A DNA stretch of 64,000 bases from Phoronis australis (GCA_002633005.1 NMRA01000349.1:368684-432683); one strand, 5' to 3'; shown: positions 39,245 to 51,842, counted from the first letter of the stretch. Numbers and translations: made by a program. Notes: a model not told the origin generated them from the letters alone.

Positions 39245-39786
39245 CTGCAATTTATGAGAGAAGTTATCAGACAATGTACATATACAGTTGGGTATTGTAC
39301 ACAAAAGTGAGATTCGTGTCTTTTGAGTTTTTTCTTTTATATATCCATGAGTTGCTAAACGTGAGAAAATGAAACGAAACAAAATTTTATGTTCTTTATA
39401 ACGGCCTCTTTTGTATATACCTTAGTTATCAAGGATTGAATTTTTAAACGTCCTTTTAAAAATAGCAAGTCTTACGTGAAGTATTTTTAAAAATTCTTGC
39501 TGCCCAGAATTCAACTAGTCCCTGAGCTACAACACACATCAGTGAGACATGCACAAGTCAGATTTTCACTTTGACACGTCCAATTGAATCTGACAAGTTT
39601 TTCATCATGGCAAGAAAATGCAGCCCATTTGTAGGTATATGACTATGGCTCCAATAAAAAGCTGATTTTGTCACAAAACTGAAATATTTCCCACAAAATT
39701 TAGAAATTAATTCCAATTCTTTATTCTTAGCTGCAAAAAATATATCTAGAATTTACGGTAAAGCCACCATTCTACAAGATACTGAC

Positions 39787-39982
39787 CCTCATGATGTTCT
39801 TCAACTATGACCACAGGCAAGTGACCTGCATCCAATTTTTCAATGACAAACGGGGGTACTCTCAACATTCGAGTGAACAGATGATGGCAAATATAGGCTA
39901 ACAATATTGTCAAAACAACCAGTGACAAGATCAACAGACGTCTGTAGGGACGAGGCAGTAAGCACAGGCGTCTCCAAGCCAT
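39787..39982 (-). CDS. UPF0489-like paralog A, exon 1 (signal anchor); spliced protein about 502 aa
   Basis: MAWRRLCLLPRPYRR-LLILSLVVLTILLAYIC-...LPVVIVEEHHE then G|GTcag. Confidence 0.85.
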
Positions 39983-40493
39983 AGCTGTCGCGTGACACAG
40001 TATATACACCAAGCAATTTCACGCCAGTCTCGAGTCAGGGTACAGCAGTCTCCTCAATGTGGGCACCTTTCGGCCGCAATGGGGGTAGCTCAATGACTGT
40101 GACTACCTCCGAGGGCAGTGTCGCTGTTCATGAAATAAACATCGTCCCAGTTCAATGCCGATTTTTATTACTTAGTCACATAGGCTACTGTACACTGAAA
40201 CTGGGACTTCGGCGTAAAACAGTAGAAACGTTGCTAGAGCCCATGAAAAATGCCTCCTTCACTCAGTTCAGTTGAACTTGGCCGACTGGAGTCCTGGACT
40301 GGAGTTGAGTGAACCGATCGTGGTGTATCTGAGTTCATTACAACTACAAGTGTGTTGCTTTTCATAAGATGAGCAAGCTAGTTGTTCTCCGCAAACAGCA
40401 AATCATGTTTGACTATTGTGTTTACTTCCCGCGCGCCATTAGGTAAACACAGTCCTGGAACAGGCGCATCTACGCATCAGCAAGCGAACACAG

Positions 40494-40567
40494 CTCGCTG
40501 GTTCCCTGCGTGCCGCTAGATGGGGCGGTAGCTGCTGGCTGGGCTAAGCACGCAGGGAACCAGCGAG
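40494..40567. mobile_element. 74-bp MITE with 20-bp TIRs and a 10-bp TSD
   Basis: gcgaacacag|ctcgctggttccctgcgtgc ... gcacgcagggaaccagcgag|gcgaacacag. Confidence 0.85.
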
Positions 40568-42050
40568 GCGAACACAGAAGTGCTTTACAAACAAGGGAGA
40601 TAACTATCTATTCTGTGAATTCCGAGCATAAATAGCATATATACAATATTGATAATGTCTGGGGTTACGGTGGTGGCCCGCGGACTCACTTACGGACTCT
40701 CGTCTCTACTACCACCCGCTGACCCCTCCCCTTGGAACATCTGTGTTAGAATTTGAAGAATTTACAAAACGTCAATGTGCAATTCTCAGCAATCCCCGAT
40801 TTATGCATGATTGACATTCCAATGCCAAAACGAGGCTTGAAAGCATGACAGATCTCAGTCGTGTCTCTGAGACCCGACTAATTGGTCTGAGGTTGGATTT
40901 CCGAGGAACGCTATTCCAAAAGTCTTTTGTGTGGAGCAGATCAATTAACATGTTAGCGATTAGTTAACAGCAACAAAGCACTGGCTAAGCTATACTGTTC
41001 TATCATGAACTAGAACTGACTTGTTTGATTTCTAAAATTAACAAAACGGATGCCCGGGCGCTACTGCAGCCGGTTCGCCGGGTTCTGCCGGAGTAGCTAT
41101 TTTAACCGTGATAAACCGGGGGTTCGCTCGTCATTGACAAGGTGCCCGCAGCACCCGTGTGCCAAAAATTTCTTGAGAGACCCCTTACCGCGGGTCCAAA
41201 GAAGGCCTATGCTAATTCCCATGCACCGCTTTTAGTGCGCCGATTTCTCTGCCACTTGGTCCGGAGATGCACGGGGACACTAGCTATTCAGATGGGCGGC
41301 GTAGCACTGAAAAAAGTGGGGGGCTAAAGCCCCCTCAGTCCCCTGTGGTGCACTGCTTACAGACCACGTGCGGCGTAGCACTGAAAAAAGTGAGGGCTAT
41401 AGCCCCTAGCCCGCCCCCTGGGGTGCGCCGCCCCGCGCGGATCCCCGCGGCTTGTTAAAAACTGAGTACGGCCTACCCGCAACCGAGTTTTTATGCACGC
41501 TTGCGGGCACCTTGGTAATGTGCGTGACCTCCCTGGCATGATAGATAATTGGCGTGTGAGCCATGTGATGATGACAAAAAAACACGTACGTAGGAGCGAT
41601 TTTTAGAAGAGACAGCTAGGTGTCTGGACTTTTTATCATGATCTATGATTTGGGAGCCACTGTCAGTTGTCTGCCAGTTGAAACCAAACGGGAGCTGTTT
41701 TTCATGTATAGCTTTTACAATATAAGAACAATACAAAAATGTGTGTTTCGACTATTACAATACCCCGGCCCTACCACTATTGTTTTGAAATTGTTGGTAC
41801 TTTATCTAGTTCATGTCGTTAAATTCGTAAGTATTGCACGCATCAGTAAGTCGACAAATTGACAACAGTACGGTAACAACAATAGCCAGGGTGCTCACCG
41901 CACCGTGACTAGGAAGTCACGATGAGGTATACCGGGACTCAAGAACCATATGTTACCATGTTTTGTACTACACTGGTCTAAGAAGTGCAGTGCGGCTGGT
42001 CAAATTTAATTGCGTATTTTCTGGTATATAAGAATACGAATTATCTCGAG

Positions 42051-42219
42051 ATGAAACGAAACTACAGGACAATATTACGGAAAGCGATCGCGGTATTAGC
42101 TGTTGCGTTTTTCGTTGGACTGGTTTACTTGACGTTTCTTTCCCCGCATGCCGTGGTAAAGTTTGAAACAAAGTATGCTGGTGAAATACCTGTTGTGATC
42201 GTTGAGGAGCACCACGAGG
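42051..42219 (+). CDS. UPF0489-like paralog B, exon 1 (signal anchor); spliced protein about 508 aa
   Basis: MKRNYRTILRK-AIAVLAVAFFVGLVYLTFL-...IPVVIVEEHHE then G|GTaag. Confidence 0.87.
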
Positions 42220-43183
42220 GTAAGTCATGACCAGGGTCCACAGGGACGGCCCCTGTGTCCCTAGACATCCAGCAGACGATTGAGATAATATGGGACTAAT
42301 TAACTCTGCAGGTCCTGTGCTAGTATTCAGGACTGGCAACGGTATAGTAAATCCCAAACACTGCAGTAGGTCTATACTAAATACGTCCGATTCGTGTAAT
42401 AAAGTTTTCTGAATATCATCACTGCATCGGGTATGCAGACAACACTGAGAATGAGCGCAGACTGCCATACGCCAACGTATGCGAGCACTCACAGTCTAAA
42501 GGGGGCTCGTATTTCTGCGAATGTTGATCTTATTCTAATTCACGGGGTACGTTCAGAGTACATTCGCCGAATTTTGGTAGTTCCGACCTTTTTAGTGGAC
42601 TATTGACTCGTTTTCTATTTTTTCGGAGTTTTTGTTTCTCTGAGGCGGACCATTTTACCCACTTCGCCCCCCTCCCCGGGTGCGCTACATAAGACGGTAT
42701 CGGATATTTTCAACTTCGTCGCTGAACCTCTGGAAACTCCACAAATTAAATCAGATCGTGACAGATAGCTTTAAATTGTCAGACACTCGCAGATTAGAGT
42801 GATATAATTTACATCAATCATATAAGTAAATGTAAACAGTAAAAATATTCTTTCATGCGTGAACCTGTCCTACAGTTGATACTCTATTTCTTTGCTGTAT
42901 GTCTGATTCGTACTGGAAATGGAATCACTGATTTGATTAGAAACGTAAGTGAGGTTATATGACATCGTAGACGATAGCTGTGCAATGGATAATTCCTCAG
43001 CAGTTAATCTAAAACAGGGATATTCCAGGACTTTCAGACACGATTTGTGGAGACCAGATTCGCCAAGGCAACGTTCACAAGCGTGTTGAACGCGTTTTTA
43101 GAATTTCAAATATACTCTGTTTAGCCCTAAAAACGTACACAACTTTTAAAGAATCCCGTGATTGAACAAAGACTCTTAGATTT

Positions 43184-44271
43184 AAAATTACCTGAAACAC
43201 TGTTGTTGTGTGCTGTTTCTCCGGGCCAAGTGCTGTCATCAGCTAGAATGCATCCTCATCAATAATTTCGATCCCTAATCTAGAATTATCTCGGATACCG
43301 GGTCCCCGAAGTTGATCAGGCTTCGGTCATCACTTGGAGTGCCACCTGTTGTCTCGCTGTAACCATAACCACGACGACGCCTCTTCAGCAGATCTCATCA
43401 CTGACTGCACCAAATTCTTCCTCGACACTGTGCTGATACCTAGGAACTTCATCAACCTCCACATGCTGCTCCCGATGAAACCTCTGCATCCTACTTCGAC
43501 TGGCATACAAAAACACTTCCAACCAGCTACTGAACAATCATGGGAAAGTTCTGCATACTTAAGCCTTTTCCTCTCGTTGGCCTCTACCATTCGGGATTCC
43601 CATGGTACTGTAAGTTCTACTATGATGACCGTCTTTGTACCATCTGACCATAATACCAAGTCAGGCCGGAGTGTCGTCATCACTATATGGCTCGGGAATA
43701 CTGCCAACGGCCCTACATCCACTATCATCTTCCAATCACTCGCTGTAGTCAACACACCTGCATCTTTCCTCCTCCCCAATGCACCTTCTCTGCAAAATGA
43801 TATTAGTGGGCTTTCGGTGTTGCTAACCACCTTCCTTCTTTCTAAATCCAAAATATGCGCAATCACCTTGAGAATCTTGTCATATCTCCTCTTGTATTTG
43901 CCTTCTGCCAAAGCCGACTTACAGGATGACAAAACGTGATGTAAAGTGCAGCGCTCCCCACAACTGCTGCAAGAATCGTCTTCTATCCTTCCCCATAACT
44001 TCAGGTTTGTCGGACTAGGGAGTACGTCATGCACAGAACGCAGGATAAAACTTAATCTGTACTGGTCACATGAAATCAGGTCGTTCGCTGTAAAGCGCCT
44101 ACTGTGAACCCCCTCCCATGCTGTCCAGGAGCCCTGCTTTCTCAAACCAACAGCATGAGAAAAGCGCTTCTCCTCTTCCTGATGACGTACTTCGTCTAAC
44201 ACCATAGAACGACGCTCTTTCCCTCTAGTTGTCTTCCACCTCTTAAACGGTTTCATGCCAAGGCCTTCACG
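43184..44271 (-). mobile_element. 5'-truncated non-LTR retrotransposon with CCHC finger and restriction-like endonuclease (Hero/NeSL/R4-like)
   Basis: Uninterrupted ORF to 43330 with CSSCGERCTLHHVLSSC, RPDLVLW, IVELTVPWE and RKRLKY. 22-bp TSD ttgaacaaagactcttagattt at 43162-43183 and 44272-44293. Confidence 0.92.
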
Positions 44272-44728
44272 TTGAACAAAGACTCTTAGATTTCTATTTA
44301 AACGCTCTTCCAACTTTGGCAATGTTCATCTCCACCATACGCATTTATTCTTTTCTTTCAAGTTCAATTTCTTTGGCCTTAAACCACTTTTCATTTCCAC
44401 TTTTTCAATATCTATGGTACAGTTGAAACTCTTAACGGTCTCGTTTACTCCTGAATCCAAGGTCACAGGTTAAAAATAAGTGAAAAAATAGTAATTGTGT
44501 ACCAACAATCACTTTCTTGTAGTATTTGGGGTAGCTTAGACTTTTCGAAAAAAAAATAAAGCACCGGATTTAATTCTCTGTATGAATAGGACTTAGACGC
44601 GAGAATTGAAAACGTGGAAAGAAAATGTGTTACGAGAGAAAAGAATTTTAGTGTGAGAGAAGAGTATTGGCTTTACAGAGAAAAAGGTTCACTATAAATT
44701 CTGCCGGGTGTACTGGGAAGGATGTCAG

Positions 44729-44878
44729 GCGTGCGTTCCGTAACGCTAGGACCTACCCTAGAACCTAGCTTAAATCTAGCCAAAGTCACGTGATCTCGTT
44801 TAAAATACACGGCAATATCTCGTGTAATCTCACGAAGTCTTGATTTTAGGTTGGTCCTAGCGTTACTGAACTGGAGGC
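44729..44878. mobile_element. Small MITE
   Basis: Imperfect TIR of about 30 bp with a perfect core gtaacgctaggacc / ggtcctagcgttac. Confidence 0.55.
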
Positions 44879-45296
44879 TGGTCTCCTTCAGAACGAATTG
44901 TTTAAAAAGAATACCGACACATAGTTCTCTAGAGGCAAAATGTCTGAAGTGTCAGATATCCTTTATCTTACCTAAACTTTTCAATGTGTTCTTTTTGTGA
45001 CAGTGATAACACAATAAACAGTAAATATCGAATCTTTAAAGAACACGTTACAATGCGGATCAGTTGATTAGAATGACTGAGGGAAACCGCAGTCATTTAT
45101 ACTGAAGTAGCCGTGAGCAACTTTGAGCCAATATCTTTGTGTTATTATGATTTATTAATGTAAAAACTGTATGTCTTTCACTTAAAAAGCCCAAAGGGTG
45201 CTTGCATGTTGTTATTACAAAAGAGATACCCAATTAGGCCTATGACAATTCCCAATTCAAATGTCAGTGAAGTTCCAATTTTAACAACCGTATGTA

Positions 45297-48200
45297 TAGA
45301 CCGGCAGCCTAGAGCAATTAGCATAGATGAACGAGTTAACAACATCTGACCACAGGAGCATTTAGAGTCCACCTCACTATGTACAGAAATGGACGTCTGC
45401 CGTTACCTGCACTCTGGGTGTGACCCCTGGGGGCCTTACAAAGGAGCCAAAAAATTAGCTAGACTAGATATTCGAGGTACCGTCCAAAACTGATTTAAAA
45501 AGAGCAATAGTACCGAATGACCCATGACAGACAAATTGCAATTTAGAATGGGTCCGGTTGAAACCAAAAAGGACCCCCAAAAATGAGCTAGCACACATAT
45601 ATTCGAGGTACCACAAAAAAAAACAATTCTATGTGATTCAATACATGTCACTGGTCATTAAATGCCCTATGACAGATAAAATATTCTCTGGATTGTGCCC
45701 GGCAGAAACCCTCAAAAATCACAAGCACGGTATGCCATCGAAATTTTCAGCTATATTAGATACCCGCGGTACCGACTAAAACTGAATTAAAACCAACAAT
45801 CGTGCTGTACCAGATGACCCATGACAGACAAATTGTGCTCTGGAAAGCGTTCGCAAGAAACTCAAAATGACATCCTAAAAGGACTAGATCATCATTCGAG
45901 GTACCACAATAAACAATTCCATGTGATTCAAATAGATGTTACTGGTTACTAAATGCCATATGACAGATAAAATCCACTCTATATTGTGCTCGCCAGCCCC
46001 AGAAATCTCAACCACGTAATTGTGAAAATCTGTGACATATCAGATAATGAAGATACCGGTTAAAGCTTGGGAGAGTAGAATAAAGGATTGCATTAAGGAA
46101 GGTGTTGTGATCACGTGTTTCAGCTCCTGGCGAAATCCTGTATTACCGTAAAACTTTTGCGACTATTGAGCTCTCACACTGAGTGTCAAATTGGTGATGG
46201 CGGAAAGCAAACATTTTGAAAAGTACCTGATAACAGTAAAACTTTGGGATACCAAGAACTGTCTGAAACCAACCCATTAAGTGATACTTAAGACCGCAGC
46301 TAGTTTAGTATAATGAGCTATCGAATCTAACATCAGGAAAGATACGTCAGCGGCAACACATGACCCCTAAATTTGGGCTAGATCGAGGAACCACGAAAAT
46401 GATTTCCAAGGAGCCCTTTCATTCCGTTTGTTACTAAACAATACGTTGAAAGAAAAGCAACAGGTGTGTTTTCAAAAATCTTCTTTAATCAAAATAAACT
46501 AGAAATAACAAGACTTTCAAACAGCAACCCTTATACTTATAACAACGCAACAACAGACAATTGAAATCACTGCATCGACGAGAACATCACGCTACTATGT
46601 GTCTAATGTCATTGTAGTTTCGTGTTAGTTTTAATACGTTTCAATATCAGATTCGTTACTGCTACTCCAGCATGACTCGAACTCGCTTGCTTCGTCATAG
46701 TCCATTTCTTCTACCTCTTGATCGGCTTGGTTTTCTTGTGAAAGACCAGTACCTTCAAAAAGGACATCAGGAACGGCAGATCCACAAAACCATTCGGCAG
46801 TATAGTATCCATCTTGTATCTTCCAATTGTAGTTCAGAGGATCCAAACCTTTTACCGGATCGGCCGAATCCGCTTGACCCCAGAGTATAGCAATATAATG
46901 AGCTTGTTCAATAGTGTCTTTCGGCAAGGAGGAAGCAATGCGCAGTCGATCTTCTTGATGTTGGACAACGTTTTTTTCCTGAAATAAATAGAGAGAAAAT
47001 TTAATTGACGAGGGACCAATTGTCTGACAGCTGAAGAACAAAAACATAGAGCCTGAACACCACTTACTGTATTTTAAGTATCAACTGAGACTGGGTCTTT
47101 TGGTTTCATACCACGAAAACATTTGAAATTATTTTCGTTGCTGTTGTCAACTATATTTTATCAATTACAGTTATTACCTTGTTTATTTTTCCTGTCATCT
47201 CGAATAATTTCAGATATCTCGCTTCATTGACATCTTTGACTCCTCACTTCACTCCATATAGGATGCATATGAATTCTAACTTTCTTTCGTCTCGGACATC
47301 TACGCTTATTAACTATGAGAAGAACCGGATAAATGTCCTAGATAACTCTTTCATCAGAATTTCCAGAAGAATTTCCAGAGACCTTACTTTCCCTTTCCTA
47401 AACAGTGCTGCTGTGACGTCACACCCCGTCATCGCATGCAGATCAGGCAATGCTGCAGCGAGACCATGTTGTATAGACTCTAAAGTCTGAACAATAGCGG
47501 TGACGTCTATACGTCTACGGTTATTACCAGATACACAGTCCATTATTACACACTCAAAAGGCATTTCTCTGTCTTGCTTTCATTCAGGTGACAATTACAA
47601 TAATATACGTGTCAGAAGCCCTGATTAATGCATTGCCATTTGAGTTGGCTAAGTGGAAGGCAAGAAGCGTGCCAGCTTCTTTCGTGGGGGCCTTGAAAAT
47701 CCGGTGGATGATCAGCTGCCTTGGTACCACTGTGAGAAAGGCGAACATAGTTGCCGCCATGTGAGACAACAAGTGTTTTCTTCCCAAGAATTGATCTATA
47801 TCGGTCTTTTTGCCATTCTTGTAGGAGGAAGATTGCCAAACTGTCCTTAAATGTCCCATTCCGCAACAATTTTTTACTAGTCTGTCTGGATGTTTACTCT
47901 GGGCCCCTGATGACGAATGGTTGGTCTTCTGCTCCGCGCAATTGCCGTTCGCTACACTTCGGCGCGTGCGTTTTGTATGTATCAAATAGCACATGGACCT
48001 TCTTACTTGAGCTTGCACAGACGTAGGCTAGAAGGTTTTGGACCAGATTGCCATAAGATACGATGTTTACACTGGAAGACAGAAACGAATGCACCAAGAG
48101 TCCTCCATATATTAAGGTCACGTCAATCAACGGAACGAGTGTCTCTGAGAAGGCTCCTTGGAAACACTCAAGTTTACCTAGCAACTTGATTTTTTCTGTC

Positions 48201-49161
48201 TTGATCATGGATCCGTCAGAGTGCGCAATGGAGAGTGGGTACTGCATATTTGGAAACTTTATCACATATATCATGTCAAAACTGATAACGAGTGAACGAA
48301 TGAAAACGTCTCGAAGGTTCTCAGTTGTTGACTTGTCCTTGGCAACAGGCTGCTTCTTGTTTATACTTTCTTTTGCAAAGTTGTGCGCTTTTCGTTTTCT
48401 AATGGGCTTCAAAAACTCCTTCTTATCAGTTGTACACTGGACTTGGAATTCCAGTCGCAGTTTGCGTCCAGCATCAAGGCACCCGGTTAAATACTCTTTG
48501 GTTTCTTGTGCGGTTGCTTTACCAGTTGCAGTATTCAGCAAATAGTCGGATGTTGTTGCTGGCTCATTTTTGGGGGTCATATTTAGGTTTCTGCCGGACC
48601 CATTCCAGAGTGCAGTTTGTCTGTCATTCGGTGTTCAGTGCGGTACCATTGTCCGTTTTATATGAGTTTTGGCCGGTACCTCGAAAATCTAGTCTAGCTC
48701 AATTTTTTGATGGCATACCGTGGTTGAGATTTTTTGGGGGTTTTGCCGGGCACAACCCAGAGTGTATTTTGTCTGTCATAGGGCATTTAGTGACCAGTGA
48801 CATGCATTGAATCACATGGAATAGTTTTTTTTTGTGGTAGCTCGAATGTATGTGCTAGCTCATTTTTGGTGGTCTTTATTTGGTTTCTGCCGGACTCATT
48901 CCAGAGTGCAATTTGTCTGTCATGGGTCATTTCGTGTTCAGTGTGGTAGTATTGTTCGTTTTAAATCAGTTTTGGCCGGTACCTCGAATATCTAGTCTAG
49001 TTCATTTTTGGCCCCTTTGTAAGGTCCCCAGTGGTCACACTCAGAGTGCAGAGAACGGCAGACGTCCATTTCTGTACATACTGAGGTGGACTCTAAATGC
49101 TCCCGTGGTCACATGTTGGTACTTCGCTCATATATAGTAAGTGCTGTGGGCTGCCGCTCTA
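45297..49161 (-). mobile_element. Academ (AcademX-type) DNA transposon, internally deleted
   Basis: TAG...CTA termini, 3-bp TSD GTA, TIRs of about 0.6 kb (45297-45880 vs 48563-49161) built from subrepeats, and an internal XPG/FEN1-like nuclease remnant. Confidence 0.85.
46631..48562 (-). pseudogene. Frameshifted XPG-like domain of the Academ protein
   Basis: Fragments VHVLFDTY..SERQLRG, EAGTLLAFH..RASDT, ALPDLHAMTGCDVTAALFRKGK and QAHYIAILW..DPLNYNW, spread across several frames. Confidence 0.8.
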
Positions 49162-49716
49162 GTAGTGTGCAGCTTCTTAGAAGGTTAATACGTTAGGCCT
49201 GTCTGTATATTTGTATTTTCTGCATGGTTTCAACAGCCATAGTTCGGATGGAGTTCAAGGTAGTACCTTTTTTAGCTCGTTATCGGGGAACGGAAACGAT
49301 TCCATAGCAACGCCTCTAAATTCCAGCTTCGATCTCCTATGGGCCATCTCCCGAATCAGCAAACGACCAAACACGCTGTGTAAATTTCATAACAGCGCAC
49401 CTAAACTCCACACACGCTCCATAATTGATGACCAAACTTCTTGCCAAATTCCAGTCCCAGATCCTTGGTCTCCACGCGTGGAATATTGTTGGCGTATGTG
49501 TGGAGTTCAAGTTGTGTTTTTTGTCCTTTTGGACTAGGGTTAAAGGGATAATAGCTGTAGCAGATGCGCGGCCAAGGAATCATTTTCATTTCCAAGTTAT
49601 GCACGGGACGTCAGACGTTGTTTTGCTCAATTTTGCCAAGCGCGCAAACGTAAGGTCATGTGCGCACAATTTTCGCATAAAGTATAGTACTTTCATGCTT
49701 TTCTTTTGCATTTCAG

Positions 49717-49778
49717 TTTTGCCTCACTGGTATGCCGCGGCTAATCAAGGCCTGCTGCCAAAATTTGGTAACGTATTG
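49717..49778 (+). CDS. UPF0489-like paralog B, exon 2
   Basis: 62 nt. (V)LPHWYAAANQGLLPKFGNVL|GTaag. Confidence 0.88.
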
Positions 49779-50181
49779 GTAAGATCATTGCGCGACGACT
49801 GATGAAGTAGGAACCAAAAATAATTATAATTTTGCATGACTGAAAAATCTGCAAGGGTCCTGTCTTGTTTTTGAGTGATTTCGTTGTTTTTCAGTACAAC
49901 AAGAACTTTATGCAGAAATTATCAAATTAACACATAAACCAGTGACTACATAAACGAGGATTGAATAACTGAAGAGGTGGAGTAAAAAATTGATTTTGTC
50001 ATGTCTATATTGAACACATTTTGGTTAGTCACCAGGTGGCGAGACCGGCTCGACCACTAGTGCGGACTACAAAGTACACAACACATTGGAGTGGGATCGG
50101 CTTCTTAAATTCATTGACCAAAACTCAAAAAATCCCACTAGCGTTTCTTGTGGTCTCACTATGTCTGTTTTTGCTGGACAG

Positions 50182-50307
50182 GTACACATAGACGGCCACA
50201 GTGACTTTGCGCTGACGGAAATCGTGTCGGGATATCCCCTTTTTCGTTGGCCCGAAAATGACTATGAAATTTCTTCTCTGATGCAGACGAACGACGCCTT
50301 CATTATG
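50182..50307 (+). CDS. UPF0489-like paralog B, exon 3
   Basis: 126 nt. VHIDGHSDFALTEIVSGYPLFRWPENDYEISSLMQTNDAFIM|GTaag. Confidence 0.9.
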
Positions 50308-50672
50308 GTAAGATCAAGTATAATTCGATTCATCGATTTAGTCGATTTACCACGACATGACAAGGTTCGGTTGAAATGAACGTTTCCTTCGAAACATGAC
50401 GCAGCAAAAAGATGTTGAGAAGTCAAAGTTTTTCTTATACGGTGTGTCTTCATTTTGAAAACGTTTAAAATTTTCAAACCACCCCAAGTGCAACTCACTG
50501 TGCAAGTTTAATTATAAACTTAGCGTCCAGTACTGAAGGTTGGTGACATGAGATTTATTTCCGGGGCACTTGCGTGTCCCAACTTTTTCCTTATTTGGAT
50601 GCAGAGAAGCCTCGGGTGGATACAAGGACACTATGTACTCATAATCACGTGATGGCTTCTGTTTTGTTTCAG

Positions 50673-51842
50673 TCAGCAGCTGGTACAGGAATGTTCGATA
50701 AAGTGATATGGGTTTGGCCTAAATGGGACAGTGTCAATCATAAGAATTCAGCGGAGGAACTGGCAACCGACATTGGATGGTTCTACAAGAAAGATGAGAA
50801 GGGTCGAAAAACAAAGGCCAAAGATCTCTGTGAATGTTATAGCAACGTTGAGGGTAAATATTTCAGCGAGACGACAGGAGACAAGGGCAGGGTTTGCATG
50901 AAGTTTGACCGGGAGCAGTTTGAACCAGGTTCCGATTATCAAGGAGACGAGATGGACGAGTCCGAATGTCAAACAGGCAAGTCCCTTATGACGATTGAGA
51001 TATTGGATAAAACTTTTCTAGATCACCTGAAGGACGGCTTGACGGAAGGAGGCAGCCTCGTTCTTGACATTGACGAGGATTACTTCGGCACAGAGTCTGG
51101 TGTAACAGTGCTGACGGATGCAGGAATTCGGTGGTCTGACATTGAGCAGCTGAATGGACTGTTAATGAGGATGATTTGTCCGGAAACTACCGAAGATGAA
51201 AGGTCGGGTGATCGACTGTTAGCGGACATAGTGAAGCTCGTTATCAAGTTGTGTAAGGATAAAACGTGTGACAATCAGCAGGTGCAGAAATTGGTCGGCA
51301 TGCTGGTTAAGAAAAGACGGAATGAAAAAAATTTGAAATTTTTCTGTAAATCTCATAAGATTACATTTCGTCTAGCAAAACTATTGGGCAGGCAACTGCA
51401 GAAAATGACTAAAGAACAACTGAAAGTCCTAATTGACGTGGGCTTCTGCTCTCGCACAACACCCAAGACTTTCAGTGGTAACGAAGCGGATGGGTACTTC
51501 GATAACCAACTTTTTCAAGTCTGTCATGGTGTCAACGTTCCGAACGAGACAATTGTCATCACGCACACGCCTGACGATTCAGAGACGAAGAGTCGCATGA
51601 ATCTACTCGAAGCGATTGTGCTACACGACGAAATGCCGGTGCCGCGTGTAGTGACCATATGCCGATCTATGCGCGACGGTTACACACCCAAGAAGTATTT
51701 CCACAAAATAGAAGCCGGAGTCCTTGACATAGTCAAACGAAAGCTAGCGGACCATAATTACAAACTGAAGTACGACATTGATTTGTTAGGAGGTGCGAAC
51801 GGGTGGCCAGGAAGACATGACATTTGGCTTAACAAACTGTGA
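50673..51842 (+). CDS. UPF0489-like paralog B, exon 4 (last)
   Basis: tttcAG|TCA, 390 codons including stop. Motifs IWVWPKWD, LVLDIDEDYFG, VTICRSMRDGYTP, DLLGGANGW. Confidence 0.88.
   Translation, partial: SAAGTGMFDKVIWVWPKWDSVNHKNSAEELATDIGWFYKKDEKGRKTKAKDLCECYSNVEGKYFSETTGDKGRVCMKFDREQFEPGSDYQGDEMDESECQTGKSLMTIEILDKTFLDHLKDGLTEGGSLVLDIDEDYFGTESGVTVLTDAGIRWSDIEQLNGLLMRMICPETTEDERSGDRLLADIVKLVIKLCKDKTCDNQQVQKLVGMLVKKRRNEKNLKFFCKSHKITFRLAKLLGRQLQKMTKEQLKVLIDVGFCSRTTPKTFSGNEADGYFDNQLFQVCHGVNVPNETIVITHTPDDSETKSRMNLLEAIVLHDEMPVPRVVTICRSMRDGYTPKKYFHKIEAGVLDIVKRKLADHNYKLKYDIDLLGGANGWPGRHDIWLNKL

Noticed and set aside
41968-42492. 174-aa minus-strand ORF
   Set aside because: Overlaps paralog B exon 1 in antisense, has a non-ATG start and shows no recognisable motifs.
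43334-43939. 201-aa plus-strand ORF
   Set aside because: Antisense shadow of the LINE ORF.
44272-44322. N-terminus (MPKLEERLNRNLRVFVQ) of the 330-aa ORF
   Set aside because: It lies in the TSD and flank, so it is read-through from host DNA rather than part of the element.
49157-49167. CACTA terminus suggesting an EnSpm element
   Set aside because: Not mirrored at the left end; TAG..CTA ends with a GTA TSD and an XPG remnant fit Academ better.
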